Shown here in pieces: positions 18,955 to 28,702 of a DNA stretch of 58,748 nucleotides (position 1 is the stretch's first letter; each line of letters begins with the position of its first letter). The notes beneath the pieces were generated by a model. That model did no database searches. It was not told where the DNA came from and saw nothing but the letters and a program-made list of their open reading frames with translations. The position numbers were made by a program, and so were the translations under genes. The stretch lies in sequence record SRR22947727_255. One strand, written 5' to 3'.

Positions 18955-20331
18955 TTGAATGAGTCATCTTTTAATAATTTAATCACAAATTATTTAGAAA
19001 AAGAAGTTCTCTTAGATGATGAAACCTTAATTTCTACAAAGTTAGCACTTCTTGATACAGTTGGTTGTATTTTTGATGCTGCTGACGGATCTAAACCAGT
19101 GGCTTTTGCAACACGTGGCGAACACCAAAAAATAAATAATCCTTTTAAGTACGCACAAAATATAAATAACAAGAGAGATATGGGAAGATATTTTACGACC
19201 TTGATACGTTGGCATGATTATAACGATACTTTCTTAGCTAGAGAATGGGCTCATCCATCAGATAATATAGGAACACTGTTTGCATATTTTATGTCAAACT
19301 CTGGTTCTTTTAGAGATTTATCTGAAGCTATTGTGAAAACTTATGAAATACAAGGCGCTCTATCACTGGGAACATCCCTAAATAAAGAGGGTTACGACCA
19401 TGTATTTTTTGTAAAAATTGCTTCTGCGGCTGTGTATTCTTACTTGCTTTCAGGTGGTAATAAAGATATTGTCACCAGAACAATTAATAATGCCCTTTTA
19501 GATGGACCATCTTTGAGAAGTTACAGACACACACCAAATGTTGGGAGAAGAAAAAGCTGGGCCGCTGGTGATGCAGTATCAAGAGCAATTGAACTATCAG
19601 AAATATCATCTATTGAAGATGAAAGATATGATGGAATTTTAAAAGATCAAACTTGGGGATTCGAAAGTATTTATTTTCAAGATGAAACGATGAAGTTTGG
19701 TAAAACACTCGACAATTGGGTTATTAATAATGTTCTCTTTAAAGTCCTTTATCCTGCTGAATTTCATGGGCAGTCTGCCGTTGAAGCCGCTGTACAACTT
19801 TCAGAGGAGTATCTAAACAACAAAGATACTTTAAAAAATATTTTAATAGAAACACATGAACCTGCAGTAAGGATTATTAGTAATAAGAATATATTAAATA
19901 ATGCCTCTGATAGAGATCACTCCTTGGAGTATATGGTGGCGGCCGCACTATTATTTGGTGACGTAACAAGTGATAGTTATGAAGATACCTTCGGAGGATA
20001 TAAAGATATCGAGCAATTAAGAAAAAAAATTATTGTAAAAGAAAATCCTGAATTCACTGAAACCTATTACAAATTTGAAAAACGAGAGATTGCTAACAGT
20101 ATCTATCTTGAGTATGAAGACGGTAGTAAATCAGAAAAGATAACTGTTAGGTATCCAATTGGGCATCCCAAAAGACGCCAGGAAGCTATCCCTCTTATTA
20201 GAGAAAAATTTATTAAGAATACTTCAGGTCATTTAGATCAAGACCAGGCAATTAATCTATGGACATCTATATATGATCTAGAAACAGATGCTGAATTTAG
20301 TCAATTGACTAACCTTTTATTGAATGAGTAA
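18955..20331 (+). CDS. prpD: 2-methylcitrate dehydratase
   Basis: DYNDTFLAREWAHPSDN, RKSWAAGDA, PAEFHGQSA, DRDHSLEY, YPIGH. Confidence 0.93.
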   Translation: MNESSFNNLITNYLEKEVLLDDETLISTKLALLDTVGCIFDAADGSKPVAFATRGEHQKINNPFKYAQNINNKRDMGRYFTTLIRWHDYNDTFLAREWAHPSDNIGTLFAYFMSNSGSFRDLSEAIVKTYEIQGALSLGTSLNKEGYDHVFFVKIASAAVYSYLLSGGNKDIVTRTINNALLDGPSLRSYRHTPNVGRRKSWAAGDAVSRAIELSEISSIEDERYDGILKDQTWGFESIYFQDETMKFGKTLDNWVINNVLFKVLYPAEFHGQSAVEAAVQLSEEYLNNKDTLKNILIETHEPAVRIISNKNILNNASDRDHSLEYMVAAALLFGDVTSDSYEDTFGGYKDIEQLRKKIIVKENPEFTETYYKFEKREIANSIYLEYEDGSKSEKITVRYPIGHPKRRQEAIPLIREKFIKNTSGHLDQDQAINLWTSIYDLETDAEFSQLTNLLLNE

Positions 20332-21184
20332 AACTATATATTTACTGGTAGGTGGTGAAGCCACAAGACTTAAGCCATTATCAGAGGGAATCCCTAAAGC
20401 ATTGTTAACTGTAAAAGGCACTTCCATAATTGATTTAATTCTTAATAACCTTGAGCAAGCTGGTTTTGATCAATTTAAGTTGATATGTTCCATTAAGCAT
20501 AAGGAGCAGTGGGAACAGTATCAAAATCAAGCTAAAAGATCTATCAAATTATTATTTGAAACAGAAAAATTAGACACTGCGGGTTACATTGTTCAAAATA
20601 TAGAGGCATTTGAGGAAACTTTTTTTTGTATGAACGGTGATTTACTTTTAGACATGGATTTTCAAACATTCATAAGTTATATTGAAAATGTATCAAATTC
20701 AACTATATGTTCTGTTCAAGTTGATAATCCATCAAGGTTTGGAGTACTACATCTTGATAAAAATAAGATTATTAATTTTATTGAAAAGCCAGATGATTTA
20801 AAATATGGCAACAATATCAGCATGGGTTTTTATTACATTTACAAAAAGGATATATTGAAAATCAAAGAATATTTAAACATTCCAGCATCCTTTGAAAAAG
20901 ATGTTTTTCCTTCTTTGGCACAAAATTTGCGTTTAGATTGTTATAAGGTTGATGGCAATATGATTGATGTTGGAACAAGGGAATCATACATAAAAGCACA
21001 TACAGATAGAAACGATAACTGGATTGCAGAAAATGTAACCTTAGGTTTAAATACCAAAATTGAAAACAGTGTAGTTTTTGAGAATTCTCAAATCGGTAAT
21101 GATGTGAAAATATCTAATGCGATAATTCTTAAAGATAGCGTTATACCTGATGGTACGATAATTACTAAAGAAATATATAAATGA
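20324..21184 (+). CDS. NDP-sugar synthase, mannose-1-phosphate guanylyltransferase-like
   Basis: GGEATRLKPL...PKAL, NGD, FIEKP, short C-terminal hexapeptide region. Confidence 0.8.
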   Translation: MSKTIYLLVGGEATRLKPLSEGIPKALLTVKGTSIIDLILNNLEQAGFDQFKLICSIKHKEQWEQYQNQAKRSIKLLFETEKLDTAGYIVQNIEAFEETFFCMNGDLLLDMDFQTFISYIENVSNSTICSVQVDNPSRFGVLHLDKNKIINFIEKPDDLKYGNNISMGFYYIYKKDILKIKEYLNIPASFEKDVFPSLAQNLRLDCYKVDGNMIDVGTRESYIKAHTDRNDNWIAENVTLGLNTKIENSVVFENSQIGNDVKISNAIILKDSVIPDGTIITKEIYK

Positions 21185-22116
21185 AAACAGAAAAAGCACT
21201 GATTACAGGTGGAGCGGGTTTTATTGGCTCTCATCTTGTTGATGACCTAATTAAAGATGGATATGAAGTTATGGTTGTTGACAATCTTTTAAGTGGCAAA
21301 AAGGAGAATATTTCTAAAATAGTAAGTAACAATGTTTACTTCGATGACATTGGCTCTGATAAAGTATTACAAAATATAATTGAATTTGACCCAGATATAT
21401 GTTTTCACTTAGCTGCTCAGTCTTCAGTTGTCATCTCTGTAGATAATCCAATGTTAGATTTTGAACACAACATTTTGCAGCCACTCAAACTTATAAAAGT
21501 TTTACTAACGACAAATTGTAGGAAGTTAGTGTTCTCCTCATCGGGCGGCACAATTTTTGGCGAACCAGAGATTATCCCAACCTCTGAAAAAGATTTTGCT
21601 GGAGAACCTGAATCCCCATATGGAGTTGCAAAGAAAAGATTAAATGAATTTATTGAATTATTGTTGGAGGATATTCCAACTATGTCCTATTCTATACTCA
21701 ATTTTTCAAATGTTTATGGACCTCGACAAGACCCTAATGGAGAAGCGGGTGTTATTTCTATCTTTACAAGCAAAATGATGAATAATGCTGAGCCTATAGT
21801 GTTTGGTGATGGCAAACAAACAAGAGATTATATTTATGTTCAAGATGTTGTTGATGCATTAATCAAATCTTCTAGAACTGATGAGAACTTATTTTTAAAT
21901 ATTGGTACTGGGGTAGAAACTTCTGTAAATGAATTAGTTTCTACTTTAAAAAATACGATTGGTTATGAAGGCAAGGTTCTATATCATCCAAAAAGAGACG
22001 GAGAGCTTTTAAGAAGTGTACTTGATAATTCAAAAGCAAAAAAAGTTTTAGGTTGGGATCCCAAATTTTCGCTTAATGATGGGATCGTTGAACTGATTAA
22101 ATGGCTTAAAGCTTAG
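21181..22116 (+). CDS. NAD-dependent epimerase/dehydratase (GalE-like)
   Basis: TGGAGFIGSH, YGVAK, NVYGPRQ, GKQTRDY. Confidence 0.9.
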   Translation: MKTEKALITGGAGFIGSHLVDDLIKDGYEVMVVDNLLSGKKENISKIVSNNVYFDDIGSDKVLQNIIEFDPDICFHLAAQSSVVISVDNPMLDFEHNILQPLKLIKVLLTTNCRKLVFSSSGGTIFGEPEIIPTSEKDFAGEPESPYGVAKKRLNEFIELLLEDIPTMSYSILNFSNVYGPRQDPNGEAGVISIFTSKMMNNAEPIVFGDGKQTRDYIYVQDVVDALIKSSRTDENLFLNIGTGVETSVNELVSTLKNTIGYEGKVLYHPKRDGELLRSVLDNSKAKKVLGWDPKFSLNDGIVELIKWLKA

Positions 22117-22817
22117 AGAAAAAAATCTTCGTCAGCATCTCTAATAATTTCATTTATTCCTTTTTCAGAGAAATTGTAGGAGTAGCCTCGAATTATTGCT
22201 ACGGGCACTTCATCAACCTTGTTCATGACCAATTCTGATGCAGCTGCTAGTTCGTCAATGATTGCAATTTCAGTAGCCATCAAGTCATTTCCAAATGAAT
22301 CAGTAGTTCCGATATAGCTTGATAATGGTTCAATACCTGAACAACCAATTGCGACATTAGTTTGCCCCTTTCTCCAAGCTCTTCCGAATGTATCACTAAT
22401 AATTACCGCTACATTGACACCATACTCAGCATTAATTTTACGCCTGAGAGCACGGGCAGTTTTATCTGGATCTTCAGGTAAAAGTAAAGCATAGCCTTTG
22501 TCAATATTTGATTTATCAATACCTGCATTTGCACATATAAAACCATGTTTTGTTCTTGCAATCAATGTTTCTCCACGTTTTCTTAGAATTTCAGTTGATT
22601 CATTCTTTAAGACTTCAGATATATCATTCGTTTCTAAATCAATGGCTCTATCTTCTATTTTGGAAATAATTTTCTGAGTTACAACTAAAACATCATTTTC
22701 CATAAACTTTTCTTCAATATCACTGAAAGCAATATCTAAAGTTTCAATCAAATTATCATTTTTTTTAAACTCGGGTAAACCAAAAATAGGTATGATCTTT
22801 ACTATATTTTCATTCAT
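22113..22817 (-). CDS. cofE: Coenzyme F420:L-glutamate ligase, short form
   Basis: QKIISKIE, ICANAGIDKSN, SDTFGRAWRKGQ, DELAAA. Confidence 0.93.
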   Translation of the reverse strand: MNENIVKIIPIFGLPEFKKNDNLIETLDIAFSDIEEKFMENDVLVVTQKIISKIEDRAIDLETNDISEVLKNESTEILRKRGETLIARTKHGFICANAGIDKSNIDKGYALLLPEDPDKTARALRRKINAEYGVNVAVIISDTFGRAWRKGQTNVAIGCSGIEPLSSYIGTTDSFGNDLMATEIAIIDELAAASELVMNKVDEVPVAIIRGYSYNFSEKGINEIIRDADEDFFL

Positions 22818-23703
22818 CACTAATTATTTCATTTGCTAAGTTAATAGCAATTTCCTTATCCGAGAATAAAATATTCTTTGTTTTAACATTTTTTTCAGAC
22901 TTTTCATTTTCATGAACGATATAGTTATTTGCAATATCTTTATAGAAAATTTTTAATCCCTCTATATTAGGTTCAAGTCCGAAAGCTTTAAAATTCTCAT
23001 CAGAGGGACCCTTTAAGGCTTTGTTATCGATAAAGGGGCTAACAACTGTTACATTCCTATTACTAGAGATCAACTCTTTTATAATGCTAATACTTAATAT
23101 TGGTCCAATTGAAAGAATTGGATTTGAGGGTCCGATAACTATTTGATCAGCTTCCATGAGAGCTTTTCTCACTTCATCTGTAATGGATGCACTTTCAGCA
23201 CCTTTATATACAACTTCTTTTAATTCAGGTTCCGCTTTTCGTTCAACGAAGTATTCTTGAAAGCTTAATATTTCATTATCAGATGTTGTCAAAGATGTCT
23301 TAATTTGATCATTAGTCATTGGTAGTAAGGCACAGTTTAAGTTATAAAACTCAGTTAAAAACTTAGTAATTTCTGTAAGAGTATGCCCATCATGTAACAT
23401 CTGATTTCTTAATAGCTTAAGTGCAAGATCTTTGTCTCCAATTGAAAATTGCTGGCTTTTATAATTCTTGAAATAATCGCTTACATTGAAAGTATCGTCT
23501 TTTTGCCCCCACCCAAATTCGCCTTCAATACCTGCAAGAGCATACATTACAGAATCCACATCAGGCGAAAGTTTTACACCATGAATAATTTCATCATCAC
23601 CTGTATTAACAATTATTGATAGGTCTATATTCTTGTGGGCATAAAACCCTTTTGCCAGCTTTGCCCCCCCAATTCCTCCAGAAATGTAAACTAACTTTTT
23701 CAT
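22810..23703 (-). CDS. cofD: 2-phospho-L-lactate/PEP transferase of F420 biosynthesis
   Basis: SGGIGGAK, VNTGDD, SPDVDS, IGDKD, FQEYFV, PSNPILSIGPIL. Confidence 0.93.
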   Translation of the reverse strand: MKKLVYISGGIGGAKLAKGFYAHKNIDLSIIVNTGDDEIIHGVKLSPDVDSVMYALAGIEGEFGWGQKDDTFNVSDYFKNYKSQQFSIGDKDLALKLLRNQMLHDGHTLTEITKFLTEFYNLNCALLPMTNDQIKTSLTTSDNEILSFQEYFVERKAEPELKEVVYKGAESASITDEVRKALMEADQIVIGPSNPILSIGPILSISIIKELISSNRNVTVVSPFIDNKALKGPSDENFKAFGLEPNIEGLKIFYKDIANNYIVHENEKSEKNVKTKNILFSDKEIAINLANEIISDE

Positions 23704-23745
23704 CTCGAACCTATATCTAGTAAATATTCATGTAACATTTTATTA

Positions 23746-24000
23746 ATGGTAGACAAAGAAATTATAGAAGCAATTGCTGAATTAAGTGAATCTGAATTAA
23801 AACGTCTTAAACTTTTAATAGATAATAAATTAGACCTTGATATAAATAATTCGAAAATCTCTTATCGCAGTAAGGATATAAAATGCGGAAGAGAATCCTG
23901 TAATTCTTGTCCACACGGTCCTTACTGGTATGCAGAGTGGACAGAGAACGGTAAGCGAAAAACTAAGTATTTAGGAAAAATATTGAATGAAGTTATTTAA
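23746..24000 (+). CDS. Small Cys/His zinc-ribbon protein (DUF6788-like)
   Basis: KCGRESCNSCPHGPYWY...GKRKTKYLGK. Confidence 0.75.
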   Translation: MVDKEIIEAIAELSESELKRLKLLIDNKLDLDINNSKISYRSKDIKCGRESCNSCPHGPYWYAEWTENGKRKTKYLGKILNEVI

Positions 24001-26173
24001 AAACAAACCTGTAACTCACCTCAATCAGATCTATTTTTACTTAGTTGCATTTCTCATCCTCAGGCTAGACCTTGTGTTTCTTAATACAATGCCGACAGGC
24101 GGAGATATGGGTGCCCATGTTGTACCTATAAAGTATTTTATTGAGAATTTCGCATTGAACCTCCAACTAAATGGTTGGTCAAATGACTGGTTTGCGGGTT
24201 ATCCCTTATACTATTTTTATTTTCCATTTCCAGCCATAGTCACTTTTCTATTTAATTTAGTTTTTCCTTATGGTGTAGCTTTTAAATTGATGGTTATCGG
24301 TTCAATATTGTTAACAATTTACTCTTTTGAAAGATTATTCAGAAACATGCAATCTAATTTTTCAATCTTTGGCTACATTGCTGGTTTAACATATATTCTT
24401 ACGGAGTCTTTTACTATATATGGAGGAAATCTTGCATCAACACTAGCTGGGCAGTTTTCATTCACATACTCAATTGCTTTTGCTAATTTGGCTATTGCTC
24501 ATTTAACTAAGTCAAATAAAAATAATAGACATGTTGTAAGTGCGATATTTTTTGGAATGAGTTTACTTAGTCACTTGATTCCTTTCCTTATATATGCTCT
24601 TATCTACTTATATTTTTGGATCAAAACCAAAAACACAATAATAGAAAAGTTTTCTTCTGGCTTAATTTTTTTATTTATAACAATCAGATTTACAACCTCA
24701 TTAATAACTAATTTAGAGTACACAACCAATATGAGTTACACGCCGTTTACAAAATTAAGTGACTTAGTAAAAAGTGATGTTACGCCTTATATACTTGTTA
24801 TTTTTATTATTTTATTATTTAATATAAAGTCAGTGATGTCATTCAAGGTGACATCACTTTTTGAGTGGTTTATTGTAATTATTTCTGTCCTTTTATATTT
24901 CTATGTACCAGAAGGAGCTTTGTGGAATGGGAGAGTTGTAAGTTTTCTTAATCTTGGTGTAGTGATTATGTTTTTTAAATTATTTGAACATAGTGTTACA
25001 AATATTTTTAGATACGAACAAGGAGAAATTATATTAAAAATATTGAGTGCGATTATATTATTTTCATACCTGCTTACTTTTGTAGACAAATGGAATATCT
25101 CTGGCTATAAAATATTTTTATATCCCCTAATATCTGTACTTACTTTTGGTTTTGTATATTTCTTTTCTTCCTCTATCAATCTTTTTAAATTGACTTTTAC
25201 TGCTTCAATTATCTTCACCATCTCTTTTTTACCATACTGGGTAAGTTGGAATTTTAATGGCTATGAAAACAAAGATCAGTGGGGTGATATAGAAAATCTT
25301 TACAGTAGTTTAAACACCCTTTCTCCCGGAAGAATTATGTGGGAGCCAAACTCAGATCTAAATAAATATGGAACACCTATGGTCCTAATGACAATACCTC
25401 TTTACACTCATCACTCAAGTATGGAGGGGTTATATTTTGACTCAAGTATCACAACACCATTTCACTTCATAGCTGTATCCGGTTTAGCAGAGAGGCCATC
25501 TAATCCTGTCGGAGGGCTGAGATACATCAATAATAATTTTGAAAAAGGTCAGGAATACCTTGAAGATTTAGGAGTTGATTATTTTGTATCGTACACTGAT
25601 TTAATCACAACAAAAGCAATAGAAAATGATAAACTTGAATTTCTTTTTACCTCAGAGCCTTTTACGGTGTTTAGTATCGAATCAGAAAAAGTAGAACTAG
25701 TAAATCAAGAGTTAGTTGCATTTGAAAAAATACCGTTTATTGAGCGTACTTTAAGTTCTTTATTCAGAAATACAGAATATGATAATTTTTTTGCTGAAGC
25801 ATATGATAACTTTGACGAGCTTGAAACACAAAGGATAATTGAGCTTCCAAGTGTAAATTACAATGTTATGAGCAGTAATGAGGATGTAGTAAACATTAGT
25901 AATTTCAATATGACTTCAAACAGTATTACATTCATTACAGATAGGCCAAATGAACTTCACATGATTAAAACTTCTTATTTTCCCAATTGGAAAATAAAAA
26001 ATGGAGATGGCCCCTACAGGATATCTCCATCATTTATGGCAGTTATTCCTAATTCTGAAAATGTAGAATTAAATTTTGTAAGAACTGGAATCGAAACGTA
26101 TTCTTTCTATACAGCGCTAGCTTCATTATTATTATATGTAATCTTGTCAAAAAAAAGGAAAGCTGTTGAATAA
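23987..26173 (+). CDS. Polytopic membrane protein, PTPS-related family / probable GT-C glycosyltransferase
   Basis: TGGDMGAH and GWSNDWFAGYPLYYFY N-terminal motifs, many TM helices, soluble C-terminal domain. Confidence 0.75.
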   Translation: MKLFKNKPVTHLNQIYFYLVAFLILRLDLVFLNTMPTGGDMGAHVVPIKYFIENFALNLQLNGWSNDWFAGYPLYYFYFPFPAIVTFLFNLVFPYGVAFKLMVIGSILLTIYSFERLFRNMQSNFSIFGYIAGLTYILTESFTIYGGNLASTLAGQFSFTYSIAFANLAIAHLTKSNKNNRHVVSAIFFGMSLLSHLIPFLIYALIYLYFWIKTKNTIIEKFSSGLIFLFITIRFTTSLITNLEYTTNMSYTPFTKLSDLVKSDVTPYILVIFIILLFNIKSVMSFKVTSLFEWFIVIISVLLYFYVPEGALWNGRVVSFLNLGVVIMFFKLFEHSVTNIFRYEQGEIILKILSAIILFSYLLTFVDKWNISGYKIFLYPLISVLTFGFVYFFSSSINLFKLTFTASIIFTISFLPYWVSWNFNGYENKDQWGDIENLYSSLNTLSPGRIMWEPNSDLNKYGTPMVLMTIPLYTHHSSMEGLYFDSSITTPFHFIAVSGLAERPSNPVGGLRYINNNFEKGQEYLEDLGVDYFVSYTDLITTKAIENDKLEFLFTSEPFTVFSIESEKVELVNQELVAFEKIPFIERTLSSLFRNTEYDNFFAEAYDNFDELETQRIIELPSVNYNVMSSNEDVVNISNFNMTSNSITFITDRPNELHMIKTSYFPNWKIKNGDGPYRISPSFMAVIPNSENVELNFVRTGIETYSFYTALASLLLYVILSKKRKAVE

Positions 26174-26645
26174 GATATTTCATTATATAAAAAAACTACC
26201 TTTTATTAAGGAAGATAATGTACTTGCCCAGTTGATTAGAACATATATTGTCGGTGGAGTAAATTTATTGATTGGGTTATTGTTTAATTATATTTTTCAA
26301 TTTTTTATTTTTAATAATATCGAGATTCCACTAAGAACCTACCTGACAAATATAGGATCCTTCTCCTTGGGTGTAATAATTTCCTATTTTTTATCAAGAA
26401 AGATTATTTTCAAATTATCTCCAAAAAAAGGAAATTTCAAAGAGTTTATCAGTTTCTTAGCTACAAACTTAATCAACCTAATCCTTCCTTTACTAATATG
26501 GTATGTGATAGATAGATACAAGCCTTCGATTCAAGAAAATGAATTACAGTTTTTAGTTTCAACAGTGTTGATACACGGTAGTATTTTGCCAATAAAGTAT
26601 CTATTTTATAAATTTTTTGTTTTCAAGGATTCTTTAGATAGTTGA
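26166..26645 (+). CDS. GtrA-family lipid-linked sugar flippase-like protein
   Basis: Four TM helices with QLIRTYIVGG, SYFLSRKIIF and YKFFVF patterns. Confidence 0.75.
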   Translation: MNKIFHYIKKLPFIKEDNVLAQLIRTYIVGGVNLLIGLLFNYIFQFFIFNNIEIPLRTYLTNIGSFSLGVIISYFLSRKIIFKLSPKKGNFKEFISFLATNLINLILPLLIWYVIDRYKPSIQENELQFLVSTVLIHGSILPIKYLFYKFFVFKDSLDS

Positions 26646-27340
26646 GATCTTAAGCGAAGCAAACTTTTGATTGTCCTTGGGATTCTTTTATAGATAACAG
26701 AGACACTGGGTCTTATTTCATTTATGACAGCCGGGACTTCATGAATTAGTTCACCGCTCCTCTCTATTCTTATCAATAGTTCAGTATCAAAAAGATCTTG
26801 AGTCGATACAACATTTGCAATCTGGTTTTTAATTGATTCATTTCTTACTGCTTTCATACCATGGGTATCTGATAATTTAGTATTAAAAAGTAACTTTAAA
26901 ATCCCTACAAAAGTTAAGGTAGCAATTCTTCTAATGAGCCTTCTACCGTCATTTGATTTAACAAGTCTTTTAGATGCAGTAATGGCAGCGAAGGTATCAT
27001 CGAGTTGTAATGCTTCTTCAAGAAAATCTTCCGAAAAATAGTCTATATCGAAAGATATTACTATTTCATTGTTAGCTTCTATAAAACCTTGTTTCAAAGC
27101 ATTCCCGTAGTTGGCTTTTGATAAAATAGTAACTTCACATTCTTTTTTATCTGAAATAAAATTTTTAATAAGAGACAATGTTTCATCTTTGGAACCATTC
27201 TCTACAAATATTATTTCGAATTCCAATTTTTTCCTCTTGCAAATATCATAAATTTGAGCTGCAGAGTTCAAGATGATATCTTCTTCGTTAAAGATTGGGA
27301 TTACGACAGAAAAGTTTTTTACAGTAAACTTGTGACTCAT
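26606..27340 (-). CDS. GT2 glycosyltransferase, polyprenol-phosphate glycosyltransferase-like
   Basis: SVVIPIFNE, VENGSKD, DID (DxD), DTHGMKA. Confidence 0.88.
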   Translation of the reverse strand: MSHKFTVKNFSVVIPIFNEEDIILNSAAQIYDICKRKKLEFEIIFVENGSKDETLSLIKNFISDKKECEVTILSKANYGNALKQGFIEANNEIVISFDIDYFSEDFLEEALQLDDTFAAITASKRLVKSNDGRRLIRRIATLTFVGILKLLFNTKLSDTHGMKAVRNESIKNQIANVVSTQDLFDTELLIRIERSGELIHEVPAVINEIRPSVSVIYKRIPRTIKSLLRLRSQLSKESLKTKNL

Positions 27341-27361
27341 TATCTGTACAATAACTTAATA

Positions 27362-28702
27362 ATGGTTGAAAATAAACTAGATTTAATATTTAAAGCCTAC
27401 GATGTAAGGGGTGTTTATGGGGATACCCTCACAGAGCAAACCGCTTACAATATTGGAATTGCATTTAGTAAATTTGTTAAAACTGACAAAATTATTATTG
27501 GCCATGATGGTAGAACTTCAAATCTTGCAATATTTAATGCTGTAGCTTCGGGTATTGAGAGTAACGGTAAACAAGTACACTATATTGGCACAGTCCCAAC
27601 GGATGTTGTATATTCTTTATCTGGCTTGATGAATTTACCTGGGTTGATTATTACAGCCTCTCATAATCCTAAAGAATGGAATGGGTTTAAATTTTGTAAT
27701 TCAGGAGCTTCTCCTATTGGCATAGAGTCAGGTTTACTTCAGATTAAGGAACTCGCATCTGAAAGCCAAGAACTAAATCTGTCAACCACTCAACACGAAA
27801 ATGAAAATGTAATTCCAACTTACATGAACCATCTCAAAACAATTGTTAATCCTGACGATATTAACAGTTCAATGAAGTTTGGAATAGATGGGGGAAATGG
27901 TGCAATTGGTTCTGTAATAGAAAGCCTCACCTCAACGTACAATCTAAATTATGATGGAATCTATATGGATGTGGATGGAAATTTTCCTAACCATCCAGCT
28001 GACCCATCAAATCCAGATAATCTAAATGAACTTGTGGAACTTGTACTCACTAACAAGTATCAATTTGGGGTTGCATTTGATGGCGATGCAGATAGGGCAG
28101 TTTTTTCTGATGATAAGGGAAATATTATTTCAGGAAGTATTATGACTGCGATTATTTCTGATTGGTTATTAGAAAAAAGAGGGGAAATAAAAGTTGTCTA
28201 CAATGTAAACGTACCTCCATCAGTAATAAAATATCTCACGGGTAGAGGTATCAATATGGTTAGATCAAAGGTTGGACATTCATACATAAAACAAATTATG
28301 CGGAATGAAGATGCTGATTTTGGAGGAGAACACAGCGCGCACTTCTACCTAAGGGAAAACTTTTATGCGGATTCAGGAATTGTTACTCTTCTAATATTTT
28401 TACAGATATTATCAGAAAAAAAACAAACACCCTCAGAGCTAATCTCTAGTTATAACTTTTTCCCCTCATCAGGAGAGATTAATTTTACTGTAAAGAATGT
28501 ACAGGAGAGTATCCAGAAAGTGCAAGATAATTTTGAGAAAAGTTTTGATACATTAGATGGAATTTCTTATTTTGAAGAAAATTACTGGTTTAATATACGA
28601 GGATCCAATACTGAACCAAAATTAAGACTTAATGCTGAAGCAGAGAATATTGATCTACTGGATAGTTTAGTTAAAAAAATAAAGAATATAATAGAGGAAT
28701 AA
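27362..28702 (+). CDS. Phosphomannomutase/phosphoglucomutase
   Basis: FKAYDVRG, TASHNP, FDGDADR, GEHSAH, RGSNTEP; start corrected to MVENKL. Confidence 0.94.
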   Translation: MVENKLDLIFKAYDVRGVYGDTLTEQTAYNIGIAFSKFVKTDKIIIGHDGRTSNLAIFNAVASGIESNGKQVHYIGTVPTDVVYSLSGLMNLPGLIITASHNPKEWNGFKFCNSGASPIGIESGLLQIKELASESQELNLSTTQHENENVIPTYMNHLKTIVNPDDINSSMKFGIDGGNGAIGSVIESLTSTYNLNYDGIYMDVDGNFPNHPADPSNPDNLNELVELVLTNKYQFGVAFDGDADRAVFSDDKGNIISGSIMTAIISDWLLEKRGEIKVVYNVNVPPSVIKYLTGRGINMVRSKVGHSYIKQIMRNEDADFGGEHSAHFYLRENFYADSGIVTLLIFLQILSEKKQTPSELISSYNFFPSSGEINFTVKNVQESIQKVQDNFEKSFDTLDGISYFEENYWFNIRGSNTEPKLRLNAEAENIDLLDSLVKKIKNIIEE

